Below are positions 13,341 through 26,410 of a DNA stretch of 64,000 nt, in pieces (position 1 is the first letter of the stretch; every line of letters starts with the position of its first letter). The DNA lies in NCBI RefSeq assembly GCF_008831285.2, contig NC_045138.2, positions 13,640,001 through 13,704,000 of the forward strand, given 5' to 3'. Under the pieces are notes generated by a model that saw only the letters and a program-made list of their open reading frames with translations, ran no database searches and was not told the DNA's origin. Source of the stretch: Nymphaea colorata. Taxonomy: Eukaryota. A program made the translations under genes and the position numbers.

Positions 13341-14859
13341 GGCCACTCTGAGATGATGGGCTCGACTCGTTAAAAAAATGAAGTCGTCGGGCAATTTACT
13401 TGGATAAATTTTCTTACCAAGAAGATGACAACCATGCTCGTATATTACGTGATCTCTGCTTCTTCATAACAATCATAACGACGAAGGCCTTCATCATACG
13501 ATGAATGATGCGTATCATTGCCGTCTACACTTAATTATGTGCCCCTCAATTTATAGTCATCATCATCCTAATCATCATTATGATCACATAGCGCATGATT
13601 ACTATTCATTTATGATTTATGATGCACACACAATCTTAAATATTTTTTTTCGGGGTCGGGTGCATTTGAATCCTTCATCAAGCCGTGTGATTTGGCAACG
13701 ATTAAACGGGCCAGGTGCTTGATTACATATGGTTAATTAACCAAGTATCCATGGATTCAAGAGCAGCCCCAAATCCCGTGCTCTTAGATCTTGTATCTTC
13801 GGCAGCCCAGCTAGAATAGCAAATCAGGATTTGAGGTTTTGAATTTTAAGCTTTACCTACTCTTATCCATAGTTTGATAGCCATGCAGGATTTTGCTGTG
13901 AAAATATGCAAATCGTTTGAGATTATAATCACATACATCCAAGGCGCAAAATATTATAATTCGGATGACATCACGACCAGCTACCATGTGCATCCAATTA
14001 AGAATTCATCCACGCACAGACAGATGCTTTGTTCGAGCAGAAGAGACTGAATAGCTTGTTTTGTTCAGTCTCATGCCGACAAGGTCGAATATAGAACTGC
14101 GGAAACTACGACTACATGATTAATCTTTGTTATTTGAGCCAAAAGTGTTCTCAAGTCAACCGGTTGTGGGAGTAAGCTCGATCTTTTTCAAGTCAGGTTT
14201 ATCAATAATAATCTTGGTGTTTCTCCCTTAGCTGAAATTCAATTTAAACTAAAATATGAATTACATAAATATACATCGCCCAGACCATGTGCGGGTGCGG
14301 CACTCATGGTAATGTTTTTTTTCTTTCTGTTGAATTAACGTTCACTTAATGTAGAACTATTATATAAAAACAACTTGAAATATTATTCGATTAAAGGACT
14401 GATTTCTAGCTATTGTTTTGCCTTCTATGATGGGCAAAAACAGTAAATGATGGGATTTGAGAAGAATATTCCCCCAGCTGGTGAACCGTCACTCAAAGGG
14501 CGCGGTGCCATTAAATAGACCAAAATGGTTCGTTGGTTTGTAGTATTAATTGCAGATATTTGTTTTTTTCAACCATGCATGAACAGGATAGCACTTAAGG
14601 ACCCTTTAGTTTCCTGAGACCGCCGCGAGCGATTACAGATCTTGGTTCATGATTTCATATGTTTGATCCATAATGGGAATATGAACACTTTTTTCTGACA
14701 ATTTAATGAATTACATTATACATTTGGGATCACTGTGTCTTCAAATTTATTGGTCTCAAATCTCACAGGACTTGCGATTCGTGGACTAATTGGGAGATAT
14801 TGAGACTTTTAAATCTACAGTGCAGTCGAGCGCCGGCCCCACCCTCTCCGGCTCTTACT

Positions 14860-15220
14860 GTAGCCGTTGCCTGGCTTGACAGAGCAGGCTGGCTCGGAAG
14901 GCAAGAACATTAGAAAGTAGCCGGGCTGGGCTGTCTGTTTCTTCCCCTCTTTCTCCATAATTCGCTTGTGTTTTGAAGGGAGTAGTTGCCCATTTGTATC
15001 ATTTCAATGAGACCCCACGTCTTTTAGTCTCGTGTTCTTGGAAAAGAAAAATTTTCCCCGATTTGGTTTTATTGTTTGTCTCCTCTGTTGTTGTCCCACG
15101 AGTGTGATGGCGACGAAAAAGGAAAAATTTTACCCAACAAGCCCGAACTGTCTTTCGGCATTAATAGTGAAAGCTCACGACGTGTTTTTTTTTTTTCCAC
15201 ATTGCAGTCTCCGGACGTTT
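14860..15220. repeat. Diverged partial copy of sequence also found at 41215-41350 and 42005-42215 (direct) and at 21060-21260 and 22030-22170 (inverted)
   Basis: Shared blocks gagcaggctggct(c/a)ggaaggcaag..cattagaaagtagc and ttttattgtttgtctcctc(t/c)gttgttgtccca(c/t)gagtgtgatggcgacgaaaaa. Confidence 0.8.
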
Positions 15221-17479
15221 CCTTTTCCTCTGTTCGGCTTAGTGTTTCTGTGTTTGGTACTAATTAATATGATTAAAAATTATCGAGGCGAAGCTTGCCT
15301 TTCTATTCATGCACTTTAAAGCTTTTGCGAATTATAATTCTTGGACAAAATAAGTTCAAAGTTTCGTGAGAGCGTTATTAGTCTCCCAAAAATGTCTAAA
15401 CCTTTTTAGGTGGGAATACCTATATTAAGCACTACCAAAATTGGATTATTTTATAATATAATATTATTTGCAATAACTAAAATTTATATTTTGATAAATT
15501 TACGAAGCTGCTGAACTTTTAGTGCAACAATGTCACCTACAGTTTGTAAAATTATAAAAAACTGTGAACTGTGTGAGTTATAAAATCATTTAGAGACACA
15601 TGCATCATAAATAGTGTAATAATTTTCGTCTCAATAAGAAAAGAAGCAGTTTTAAGTACAAAGAGTTTTAAGAACTTTTAATGCAACAACGTCACCTTCC
15701 CTTTAAGTGCATTTATAAGGACGAAGGAGAGAAGCGACTATGTGCATGAGAGATGCAAAATTGTTGAGAAATCAAGATAAAAGATTTAATTTATGAAGAT
15801 TCTTTATTCTTTAAGTAAATTATCATTTGAATAACGGTAAAATAATCTTTTTAAGTATATTTCAGTAATTCCCATAAAGGTTGTGGTCTATTTTGAATTG
15901 AGGTGGCTATGTATGCTTTCTCGAACATTAAGGACTCGTTTTGTAATAATGTAAAAGCAAGTGGTTATAAGTAAGTTTTCTTTAGCTTCAGCCTTCAAGC
16001 AGTATTACAAGTCCCATATTTCAGGATTCCGAGTCATAAGAAATAAGATTTTCACAAATCCCGAGCATCAATGGATTCAGACAGTGTATTTCAAGATTAA
16101 TAAAATGTCGACAGCTGGTTATAAAGAAGAATATTGCTTTTAAAGGTATGTATTGGAAATATGACCTGCCTTTTGTAAGGGCAAAATAAATTTGGAAAGA
16201 TGAAGTTTTTTTTTTGTTTCGTTTTATAAAATAGCAGAAATGCCCCTTTCTGAATATCGGAATCAGAAATTTTGCACTGACAGGCACCATTTCAAATGTG
16301 TGTTCGAGCTTCGCATATTGCTATTCATCTGTACTTACCAGACAAATTGAGCTCTCTGAAATTTGAAAACTGGGACCTAATGATTGTGGTAGAACTGAAT
16401 GCTTTCAAAAATTGCAAGTTGCCATGAGAATCCAGTAAATCAATGCTGTCATTTCACTGTATGATCTAAAAATTAGTTCAACTATGAATCAATTGAATGC
16501 TTACAAGATCATTTCACCTTGACATGCTTAGATGAAGTTGCAGACCACATTTATGCCGACTGCCATGTGAGAGACAACATAAATAGAATAATTTCCTTTC
16601 CTTTTCAATTAGTTAACAGGACCAAAATTGGCTATTTGTCCATCAACGAGTGTTAGAGCTACACCTCTAATCCCTGAATTCTTCCTGGTCAGTCTCACAT
16701 TAGCTATTGCTAGTCTGTGCTTTTTTGACTTTCATGTGTGTTGTTGTTTGAAGAGGATGTCATGACAGAAGTTGATCGTCCAATTAGATGGAAGGGACAA
16801 AACTCTGTTTTCTCTTGAATTAGTCGTGCGTTTGGCCCAATTTTTGGCGATACTCACGATATAGGGACACTCAAAAATTCATAGAAAATCACCCAGACTC
16901 TGTTTGCCCTCAAATTTGAACTGAAGGTCGCCAAGATGAAGGGAAATGAACGCCACAAAATTCAGCCCCAACGGGAGCTTCCAAGAAAAAACACGCCCCA
17001 TCTAAATATTGCTGGAAATCACAGTCTTTGTTTACAGTAAAACAGAGTACTCTGGCTGGCGGCGTTCACGATTCTCCTTCGCCAGAAATTGGGGCTTTCC
17101 CCCAAATCGATTCTCCTATCTCTAATACCATAAAAGAATTCAAAACAGAGGAGAGAGAGATCAGCACACAAAGACAATGCAAGAGTATTTACGTGGTTTG
17201 ATCATTGACGATCTACATCCACAGAATAATGGTATGCATTTTTTTTATTCTTTTCTCTCATATTGTTACAAGCTTCCTTTACAATTTTATACATCTATTG
17301 TAGCCGTTTGGGAGTTCAACGTTTTGATCGTTCTTTCTCTTCATAGTCTTCTTTCAATAGGAAGTTTCTCCTTGGCGCCCTGTTTCTTTTTTTTATCGTT
17401 GTCCCAATTTTATCAATCGCATCACCTTTTAATCTTGAAGGATTCGTTGGACTGGTTGCTCTATTTTCGTTAACAAGTA

Positions 17480-19995
17480 AACGAACAAAGTAGGAAATTT
17501 CGACCGAACAAAGGAGGTGGAGAACATTATCAGGCATTTGTTTACGCACTTTGGAAGAAGAATTCTCAACAGTGTAACTGTGTAAGAGCTAAGAATGTGT
17601 CGACATTAATCCAGAACGGAGATGTCGAACCCACTATGAAGTGCGAAAGTCGACCTGTCATATGATTAGACATGGTTTTTCCACATAATCAGAAGAAGGA
17701 TCTTGGTAAGTAGGGGTGGGGCAAGAAATTTTGTAGTCGCAGGAACCCAACTATACTTTCAAAATATTAATAGAGGCCAAAATACAAATTTTCATAATTT
17801 TTATTTAAATAAAACTAAAACTTATTTCAAAATTTTAAAAAACTGATGGGGGCCCCTGTTCGTAAGCTTGCAATCTCATCTTCCAACGGATGTGTCGAGT
17901 AAAATATGAATCCAACAGTGATAAAAGAGTTGATCCTGTCAGGGCTATGGCTAAACCACTTTTTTTTAAAGGGCGTATGCAGTGGATATTTAGATTTAAC
18001 CATAAAAAGATCATCGATCTCTAGCAGCGGGTGTTAATGACAAGTACATTATTGCAAGTCTGGTTCACATGGTCTTTCCAATGAAACTGAACTTGTATAC
18101 GTCGAAGCCACCTTTCTTCATAACGAAAGTTTTTTTTTTTTTGGTTGCAACTTTGGAAGACATTTCGACTGGCTGACTCGGGTAGCCGGAAAAAGCTTTT
18201 CCGGCTGGGTATCAGGTGGGGCCTGGTAGCGGGTACGCCTCAGGCTTGGTAGCTTAGTGTGATAATTATTGAGCGACACTGGGTGGCCCAATGCCCATTC
18301 CTGGTTGCATTTACTAACAATGCCTTATCAAACGGATCATTACAGTTGGAGAATTGGGTTGATGTGCGCGAGAGTGAACCGACGGACACTGTCGTGCGAC
18401 GTAGGGAAGCAGCAGCACACAAAATGCAACAAACCATGCAATATTTGTAAGTATCAAGAAATAAAATGCCAGGAAGTATCCAGTTCTAATGCCCATCTCT
18501 TCTACACAAGGGTTTTACCTCTCTCAACCCTCTCAACAAACGAAAGATACAACACTTGCCTCCTAAAAGTACAAAACTTAATATATGTTGGACATGTGAT
18601 CCCCTCTCAAACATCTTTATGAAAGTAAGGCTTTCTTATGCATGTGACTGTTGATGGCGATTTGATTCTGTTACCAGCAACCTAAGTTTTGAAGATGATT
18701 ACTTAACCTAACAGAAATTCAGTGTCCTAACAAAAGTAGAAAGTATATTGGATTTTCTAGGGTGCATCATCTTCTATATTTTGTTTTTTTTTTTACCTGC
18801 AAAATAATAATAATAATAATAATCTTTACAAGTAGATGATCGGTTTGTAGGAGACTGAGATATAAACTTAGAGAATGGAATGAGATTTTAGGTAGTTGCC
18901 TTAAGAATCTAGAAATGTTTTTGTTAATTGCACCAAAAATGTGAAATTGAAAAAGGAAAATCTAGGAACAAATGTAAAAGAAATCCATTCATGAGAGCTT
19001 CCTCATATGAATTGGAATTTGACAACAAATGTGTTAACTAATAAAAGTGATTACATTGGGATATATATTAGAGTTGCTAAGAACTTAAAGGCCACATTTA
19101 AAACCATGTGGTGCATTTTTCTCATGTTTGTTTGTTAAAAGTTGTTTATGATTTCTTGTCATTCGCACTCTCTCATTTCAATAGCAAAGAAATGACTTGT
19201 AGGTTGAAGAAATATATATGAAACAATACTTGTCTATCTACATTACCACAAGAGTGTTTAGTTGCTCTTTTTATCTTTCTTTTTTCTTCTAAAATCATAT
19301 ACTTTTAATCGGTAGGCTGACTGCGACAACTCGATGATATGAAGGACACATCAACTCCATTGGTGGTGGCTTGCTAAATTAAAAGGAAAAAAAAAAAAGA
19401 GAATGTATTCTTTCTCATATTTTAATTTTAGTACACATAATTGTCAAACAACTTTAGTTTATAGTGTAGTTTGCTTGAGCAAAATAAAGGAAAAGAAGTA
19501 CTTCTATAGTCTACATGTCTATTGAAGAGGCCAAGCTCAGTTATTGATGCTTATTGGTTACTTTTAGTCTAAAAGTTTTGAATGAAAAGATTGAAGTTTT
19601 CGCGAAGAAATTAGAAATCCTTATTATTTTTTTTCATTTTTTTTACTTTTAAAGTCAAGATAAATTTTATTTTGCGTCTTTTTGGAAGTTGGGGGTGGCC
19701 AGCTGGGGAGAGTGGCTGCTTGGAGAATTAATAGATGCACTGATATTATTTCAATTTTCTCAAGCAGGGTCTATTAATTTGTTTGACATTTGCCTTTTTT
19801 GTACGCTAGTCAAAAAAAGAAAATGAGTGTACCTGTACATTGTATCGAGTGGTGTGCTGAGGAATAAAGATTTTCAGTTCAAACTTAAACTGGAGAAATA
19901 TGTAAATTCTATATATATAAAAGATTTTCATTTGAGAAAACTGTAAATTATATATATATAAATAAAGCACTGGATTCTCAAGGCCATCCCGCGCT
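17480..19995 (+). repeat. Copy of the multi-copy non-coding module; colinear with 54265-56440 apart from an insertion at about 18080-18810
   Basis: Shared blocks include gaacattatcaggcatttgtttacgcactttggaagaa, ttgtttgttaaaagttgtttatgatt, aaagtcaagataaattttattttgcgtc and aaagcactggattctcaaggcc. Confidence 0.85.
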
Positions 19996-20195
19996 AACTG
20001 ATGCCACATTTTTGTTTATTTTGTGACTAACTGAGAGGGGAGCGAAGGAAGAGGGAGTAAATTTATGGGCAGCAAGAAGCCTCCTCCATCCAAAGTGACG
20101 AGGGGAGGGAAGGAAGATGCTACAAATTTATAGGCAGTGCCATCGATCGTACCTCCTCCATCCTCGTGACCTCGCGGTTGCGATATTGACGACGA
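19994..20195 (-). pseudogene. Relic of the MYB93-like upstream/promoter region (third copy)
   Basis: ctaactgatgccacatttttgtttatt...atcgatcgtacctcctcc...cgcggttgcgatattgac matches 29227-29358 and 36979-37112. Confidence 0.8.
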
Positions 20196-20664
20196 GTTAA
20201 CACATTTTATATAAGTTAAACTAAAATTTTCTGTGCCGATCAATATCATGGATGGGGGAACAAGAGAGCCTCCTTGGTCCTTATCTCAGGCCTCTTGCTG
20301 GTCCAGGCGACTTGTGGAAAGGAGAAGGGATGCTGATTGTGACATCGGTGGGTCCGTATCCATCTGTATTGTATTATTAGGTTTGGATCAATAATTTAAA
20401 ATAGATTCAAGATAAGATTGTACCGGATAACAATTGGGGGAGATGCATGGGGACTATGATCGCGTCGTTGGATCCAAACTAAGACAGAAGATCACCATCA
20501 TGAGTTTTGGATTTGCATTAAAAGGCAAAACATGATCTGATTGTTAGAAGGGTGGGATTTGGGTTTGCAAGTTTGTCTACCAAACGCGACTAAATAAGTT
20601 TGGTTTCACTCTGATTTAGACCCAAGCTGATAGTGAAGATTGCAGATGGCTCTGCAAACCATCC

Positions 20665-20796
20665 TTAATAGAGAAACGGATACGTTTTGCCTTTCCAGTT
20701 TCAACTAATTCTTAGGCAGAATGTAATGTATCCTTTCTCTATTAAAGATACGTTTTGCCTAAGAATCAATTAAAACTAGAAAGGCAAAACGTATCC
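20665..20796. repeat. Compound ~130-bp palindrome (MITE-like fold-back); second copy at 42486-42617
   Basis: ggatacgttttgcctttccagtttcaactaattcttaggcagaa pairs with ttttgcctaagaatcaattaaaactagaaaggcaaaacgtatcc. A nested inverted pair ttaatagagaaa/tttctctattaa is also present. Confidence 0.75.
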
Positions 20797-21577
20797 TTAG
20801 GAACCACATGGTGAATGTCCACTAGGTTTCTACTTAGATATTCAAAAAAGATTTTGAAAATATTAACTTGTTGAATCTTGGTGCTTACTGAAGTTAAAAA
20901 AATAGGTTAGTTATAGCCAACATTCGTATATTGGACGTACATGAATTTTATACCAATTCTGTACTTCTTGTCTTTGTTACATGAAACATAAATTGTTATT
21001 TTTATCTTATCAAACACGTAAGTGATATGGGTTCGGTATATAGATAAGTGGAAACTTCCGGAGACTGCAATGAAAGAAAAAAAAAAAAAAAGGACGTTAT
21101 GAGCTTTCAGTATAAGGCGGAAAGAACATTCAGGCGTGCTGGGTAAAATTGTTCTTTTTCGTCGCCATCACACTGATGGGACAACAACGGAGGAGACAAA
21201 CAATAAAATCCAAATCGGGGGACAGAAGCCTAATTTTTCTTTTCCAAGAACACGAGACTAATGTGGGCTGACATCCATTTGCACGTCCGGACGTAGATCG
21301 AGATTGATGAGAGTGTTTGCGTGCACGGGAAACTTCTCCGAGATAGGTTGCACTGAATAGCTTATTTCAGATAAAATATCCCACCAGAAAAACTAGAACA
21401 GGTTCTCAGTGGACAATCCTACTTGATAAAAGGTAGCATCCTAAAAAATTTTACATGAAGGCGACAAACTGCGTTTCTAGAATTTTCTGAATTGGAACAT
21501 GGATTGCATTCGACTTTCTTTTCTATTAGAGAAGCATTAATGTATTTTACTGCCTGACAGGCCAAGTGATTGTTAAA

Positions 21578-21725
21578 TCACCGAATCTTTATTCATGAAA
21601 ATATATCATAAGAACATTCTGATACCAAGATACCAAAATTAATGGTTTCTTGATTTCACCGAATCTTTATTCATGAAAATATATTATAAGAACATCCTGA
21701 TACCAAAATTAATGGTTTATTGATT
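21578..21725. repeat. ~78-bp tandem duplication present only in the left arm of the large inverted repeat
   Basis: tcaccgaatctttattcatgaaaatata...aattaatggttt at 21578 and 21656; a single copy at about 41625-41685 on the partner arm. Confidence 0.85.
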
Positions 21726-22959
21726 AAAATGACAAGTTTGCTCGATCCCCAGATCGAGCACCACCCTATTACAAAAATTTGTCTTTTCATAACGAATGTG
21801 TTTTTCAATTCACCCAACCTTATTTTATTTCCTTGCGGACAACAAGTTCTAAAATCATATACTTTTAACTGAAATATAGGTATCTTATCCTGACAAAATC
21901 AATTAAATTTTCATATTTTTAAACCTAAAAGACATGGGGTCTGATTGAAATGATGCGACCTCTACGTATGATTATAGATACTGGGGGAGCTCATGGAACC
22001 CATGAAAGAAAAAGCATGAATGATCAAATGAGCAACTACTTCCTTTAAACACGCTATAAAGAAGCGAATTATAGAGAAAGAGGAGAAGAAACAGACAGCC
22101 CCGCTGCTTTCTAATGTCCTTGCCTTCCTAGCCAGCCTGCTCGGTCAAACCAGGCAACCGCTACAGTGCCATAAGTCAGTCTGGTCAAACCCAGCCAACA
22201 TCTCAATCTGTACAAATAATATTTGATCAGGATAGACCTAGGTCATTTCTGCATTCAAGTGCATTGGAGTACTGGCTGGCCAAAAGTAATGTTCAACGTA
22301 TGTATAAATCAAAATTAATGACCTAATGATAATTATATCTTGAAACTTGAAAGGTTGTTTGGCAACAGAAACACTTTGTTATAGTCTCATGAATTTGTCT
22401 CAACGAATAAGTAAGTTCAAGTTTAATTATCCTATGAACCTGATTCATTCGTTGGGACAGATTCATGGGACACTTACAATGTATCTCTACTGCCAAATGA
22501 CCCTTGACGAAGACATTGAGATCTACTAGCTTGAACATTGACCTTAAAATGCCTGAATTTCAGTAGTCGATCATCAACTCGTCAAAGAAAAACGAACTGG
22601 GTTAACTCTTTTTTTTTTTTCACTCTCTTAATCCATACTCAGCAATTGTGATTTGCTTCGACTAATTCCAATCAGCATTTGTGTTGTATGAACTTCATTT
22701 ATTTTTTCTTTTTAATTTTGAATTCTATCTGACAAACAAGAATTCTTTCATACATCACTAATAACGTGAATCATTTTTCTTTGCTTTTTGTATTGATGAG
22801 GAGAGAACGAATAAGAACGACCAAAAGCATGTGATCTCTTTTGGAGTGATTATGACATTACACCTTTGCTTTGACCACTACATTTTTGAAGTTGTGCGAT
22901 TTTTGTAGGCGCAGATCGCCACTGGAGACAAATAGATCACAAGTTATATAACCAAAATG

Positions 22960-24255
22960 TGTGACATGTGATTCCTTCTCAAACGTCTTTATGAAAGTAA
23001 GGCTCTCTTATGCATGTGACTGTTGATGGCGATTTGACCGTATGAGGTTTGTGACTCTGTTACCAGCAATCGCAGGTTTGAAGATGATTATTTAACTTAA
23101 CCGAATAAATTCAGTGTCCTAACAGAAGTAGAAAGTATATTGGATTTTCTAGGGTACACCATCTTCTATATTTTGTTTTCTTACATGCATAATAATAATA
23201 ATAATCTCTATAAACAGATGATTGGTTGGTAGGAGCCAGATACATAAACTTAGAGAGGATGGAACGAGATTTTGGGTAGTTGGCCTAAGAATCCAGAAAA
23301 GTTTTTGTTAATTGCACCCAAAATGTGAAATTGGGAAAGGAAAATCTGGGAGCACATGTGAAATAAATCTTCTCATGAAAGCTTTCTCATCTGAATTGGA
23401 ATTTGACAGCAAACGTGGTAACGTATAAAAAGTGATTACATTGCGAACACATATTAGAGCTGTCGATAACTTAAAGGCCAGTCGTAAAACCATGTAGTGC
23501 ATTTTGCTCATGTTTGTTTGTTAAAAGTTGTTTATGATTTCTTGTCCTTCGCACTCTCTCATTTCAATAGCAAAGAAATGACTTGTAGGTTGGAAAATAT
23601 ATATAGAGTAATACTTGTCTGTCTTTTTTTTTCCACTAAAGTCTCCTACTTTTAATTGGTAGGCTGAATGCGACAACTCAATAATATGAAAGAGGCATTG
23701 GCTCTATTGGTGGTGGCTTGCTAAATTAGAAGGAAAAAAAAATAGTATCCTTTTCCATACTTTAATTTTGGCACACATAATTGTCATTGTGTAGTTGAGC
23801 AAAATGAAGGAAAAGAAGCAGCTCTAATTTATGTTAGCTTATAGTTTAGATGGTCCATTGAAGGGGCCAAGGTGAGGCATTGATGCTCATTTATTTACTT
23901 TTTAGTCTAAAAATTTATTTTATTAGAAATATCGAAGTTTTTGGGAATAAATTACAAATCCTTGCTCTCTTTTTTCATTTTTTATTTTTAAAGTCAAGAT
24001 AAATTTTATTTTGCATCTTTTCAGAAGTTGGGGATGGGCCGTTGGGGAGAGTGGCTGGTTGAAGAATTAATAGATGCACTGAATTTTCTCAAGCATGGTC
24101 TATTAATTTGTTTGACACTTGCCTTTTGTGTACACAAGTCAAAAAGAGAAAATAAGTATACATGTACGCTGTATCTAGTGGTGTGTCGATTTCAGTCCAA
24201 ACTTAAATTGGAGAAATCTGTAAATTCGATATATATAAAAGATTTTCTTTGAGAA

Positions 24256-24314
<59 letters not shown>

Positions 24315-24335
24315 TTTCTCAAGGCCATCCCACCT
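22960..24335 (+). repeat. Copy of the multi-copy non-coding module, ending in an expanded (TA)n at 24262-24312
   Basis: Colinear with 18590-19995 and 55080-56440, and inverted with 39010-40420. Confidence 0.88.
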
Positions 24336-24627
24336 CATTAACACAGCCCAAAAAAAAAGTACATTGGGCTGAAGTATGTATCATCCCAGCCGCGACATTT
24401 TGGGTAGCATATTAAACTGTGTTTTAGACAAAATATTATCCATATAATATGTTTATAACACTAATTTAACATAAATCAAGTTTTAGTCCACGTCATTCTT
24501 GTAAAAAATTGATCTTTATACTATCAAAATTTTGATGTTATAAGGGCCGTTTGTTTTTAAAATATTAAAAAAATATTATTTAAGTAAGAAAACAACTAAG
24601 TTAATATCCGGAATTGCTTGAGGCATC

Positions 24628-25160
24628 ACTAGGAGCGGAGGGAGAGGGGGGCACCTGGGCCATGGCCCTACCACGGTACATGGAAAAAAAAAATTATAGT
24701 TAAAAAATTAAAATTTTTTTGTTTGGCTCAACCCGCCTTGATGTGTTGGCCCTACCCTGTTTTGCCAACCTCGCCCTCTCTCTCTGGCCCTACCCTGTGT
24801 CGCCGGCACCTTCCTCTCTCTCTTGCCTCGCGCCCTCTCTGTCGCTCACTCCTTGAGTCCCTTCCTCTCTGGCTCACAGCACAGGCCATTGCTGGACCAG
24901 CCTTTTCTCTCATGCCCTCTCTCTCTTGCGCCCACTCCCTCACTCGCTCCCTGCCTCTCTGACCCATAGTGCAGGCGAACGCCGGCCCCGCTCTCTGTCT
25001 CGTGCGCTCTCTCTCAATCTCTCACTCGCTCCTTGCCCTGCAGGGGCGGAGGAGACCGCTTGGCCATGGCCTTACCCCAAAGCATGAAAAAAAAATTATA
25101 TTTAAAAGATAAAAAACTTTTAGTTTGGCCCAACCTGCCTCGATCCGTTGGTCCTACTTC
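24628..25160 (-). mobile_element. Non-autonomous GA/CT-rich element made of two ~125-bp direct repeats (ending ...GCCATGGCCC...CCCTCCGCCCCTG) around a GA-rich core; inverted copy
   Basis: Homologous to 25945-26410 and 38226-38721. MITE-like terminal motif caggggcggagg; no TSD identified. Confidence 0.5.
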
Positions 25161-25346
25161 ACTGCCCCTACTCTCTCACTCAATTCCAACTTCACTGCTC
25201 TTACGGTTGCTATTTTTTTATTGTCACAAACTTGTTACTTAAATAAAATGTAAACCAAAAACACTAATGGTTAATATGCAGAAGCAATTTAACGATTTTT
25301 CCAGCATGTAGATCGATTTTAATTGTATACGTTCTTACTTTTTTAG

Positions 25347-25790
25347 GTGGTCGTGCAACTCAGTTACCAGGACGGACGGACAGTCAATGAGACCAAGAAC
25401 TTCTGGAGCACTCACTTAATAAGAAGCTCATCCAGATGGGCTTCGATCCGATCACGCATCGCCCGAGGGCGGATCTCTTCAATTGGACTGCCAACTACCA
25501 ACTGGACAATGCTGCTTGCTCTCTTGCACTTGCTCCTTGGCGGAGCTTTTCAGAGACCAAATAGGCCACACCTCTGCTCAGAATGTGCAACTCCCACGAA
25601 TCCTTGAATAATAACAAGCAGTAATGAGGCTGCACACTCATCAATCCAAAAACTCGGCATCAAAATGTTCAAACTTGTGCTCCCCTCTTCCCCACGCCGG
25701 CGCAACGGAGAACTCGGGTGGCAACAAGGGTGATGCCTAGGGGTGGAGCAGTATTTTTTTCAGTGCAGTCAAACTGTCCTTGTATACTCA
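25347..25790 (+). pseudogene. MYB93-like exon 3 relic with frameshifts and a large internal deletion, preceded by an intron 2 relic from about 25170
   Basis: tttttag|gtggtcg...ggacggacagtcaatgagaccaagaacttctggagcactcactta...cagatgggcttcgatccg; direct homolog of 37195-38010. Confidence 0.85.
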
Positions 25791-25944
25791 CACTTTATAT
25801 AATATTTGTAAACCACAATATAGTAGAAATGAACATATGTCGTACATAATTGTTCACTTCATGAATGTGAAATGCGATCTGTCCTACGACACATTTAATA
25901 ATTACTTGTGTCATTAGCAAAAAACGCGATCTATCCTAAACAGG

Positions 25945-26410
25945 ATATGACCACACATCGAGGCAAGTCGGGGTAAACTAAAAAATTTTTATTTTTTAAA
26001 TATATATTTTTTCCATGCTTTGAGGTAGAGCCATGGCCCAAGCAGGTCCCACTTCCCTCTGCCCCTGCTGGGCAGGGAGGGAGGGAGCGAGTGAGAGAGA
26101 GCACATGAGAGAGAGGGCGGGGCTGGCGCTCGCCTGCACTATGGGCCAAAGAAGCTGGGACCGAGGGAGAGAGTGGGCGCGAGAGAGAGGGCGCAAGGCA
26201 AGAGAGAGAGGAAGGGGCTGGTGACATAGGGTAGGGCAGAGAGGGAGGGAGGGAGCCAGTGAGAGGGCGGGGCCCGGGAAACAGGGAAGGGCCAACACCT
26301 CAGGCGGGTTGAGCCAAACTAATTTTTTTTTTTTAAATATAGACTTTTTTTTTTTCCATGCACTGTGGTAGGGCCATGGCCCAGCGCCCCCCCCTCCCTC
26401 CGTCCCCTGG
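25945..26410 (+). mobile_element. Second copy of the GA-rich double-direct-repeat element
   Basis: Direct match to 38226-38721 and inverted match to 24628-25160. Confidence 0.5.

Larger units (their letters stand above)
20206..25160. repeat. Left arm of a ~5-kb inverted segmental duplication (partner 38210-43064)
   Basis: Reverse-complement colinearity throughout. Examples: 20206 ttttatataagttaaactaaaattttctgtgccgatc vs 43028-43064; ORF pairs 22323-22538(-)/40852-41061(+) and 24723(+)/38630(-). Confidence 0.93.

Noticed and set aside
18184..18206. Near-perfect palindrome agccggaaaaagcttttccggct
   Set aside because: Isolated and short, with no supporting context.
23308..23511. 67-aa hydrophobic ORF (M[S/R]KMH..FGCN*) recurring in module copies at 23308(-), 55201(-) and 39793(+)
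   Set aside because: Two of four copies are frameshifted (near 19050 and 40060) and the amino-acid changes look unconstrained. The recurrence is explained by the DNA duplication. A dN/dS test would be needed to revive it.
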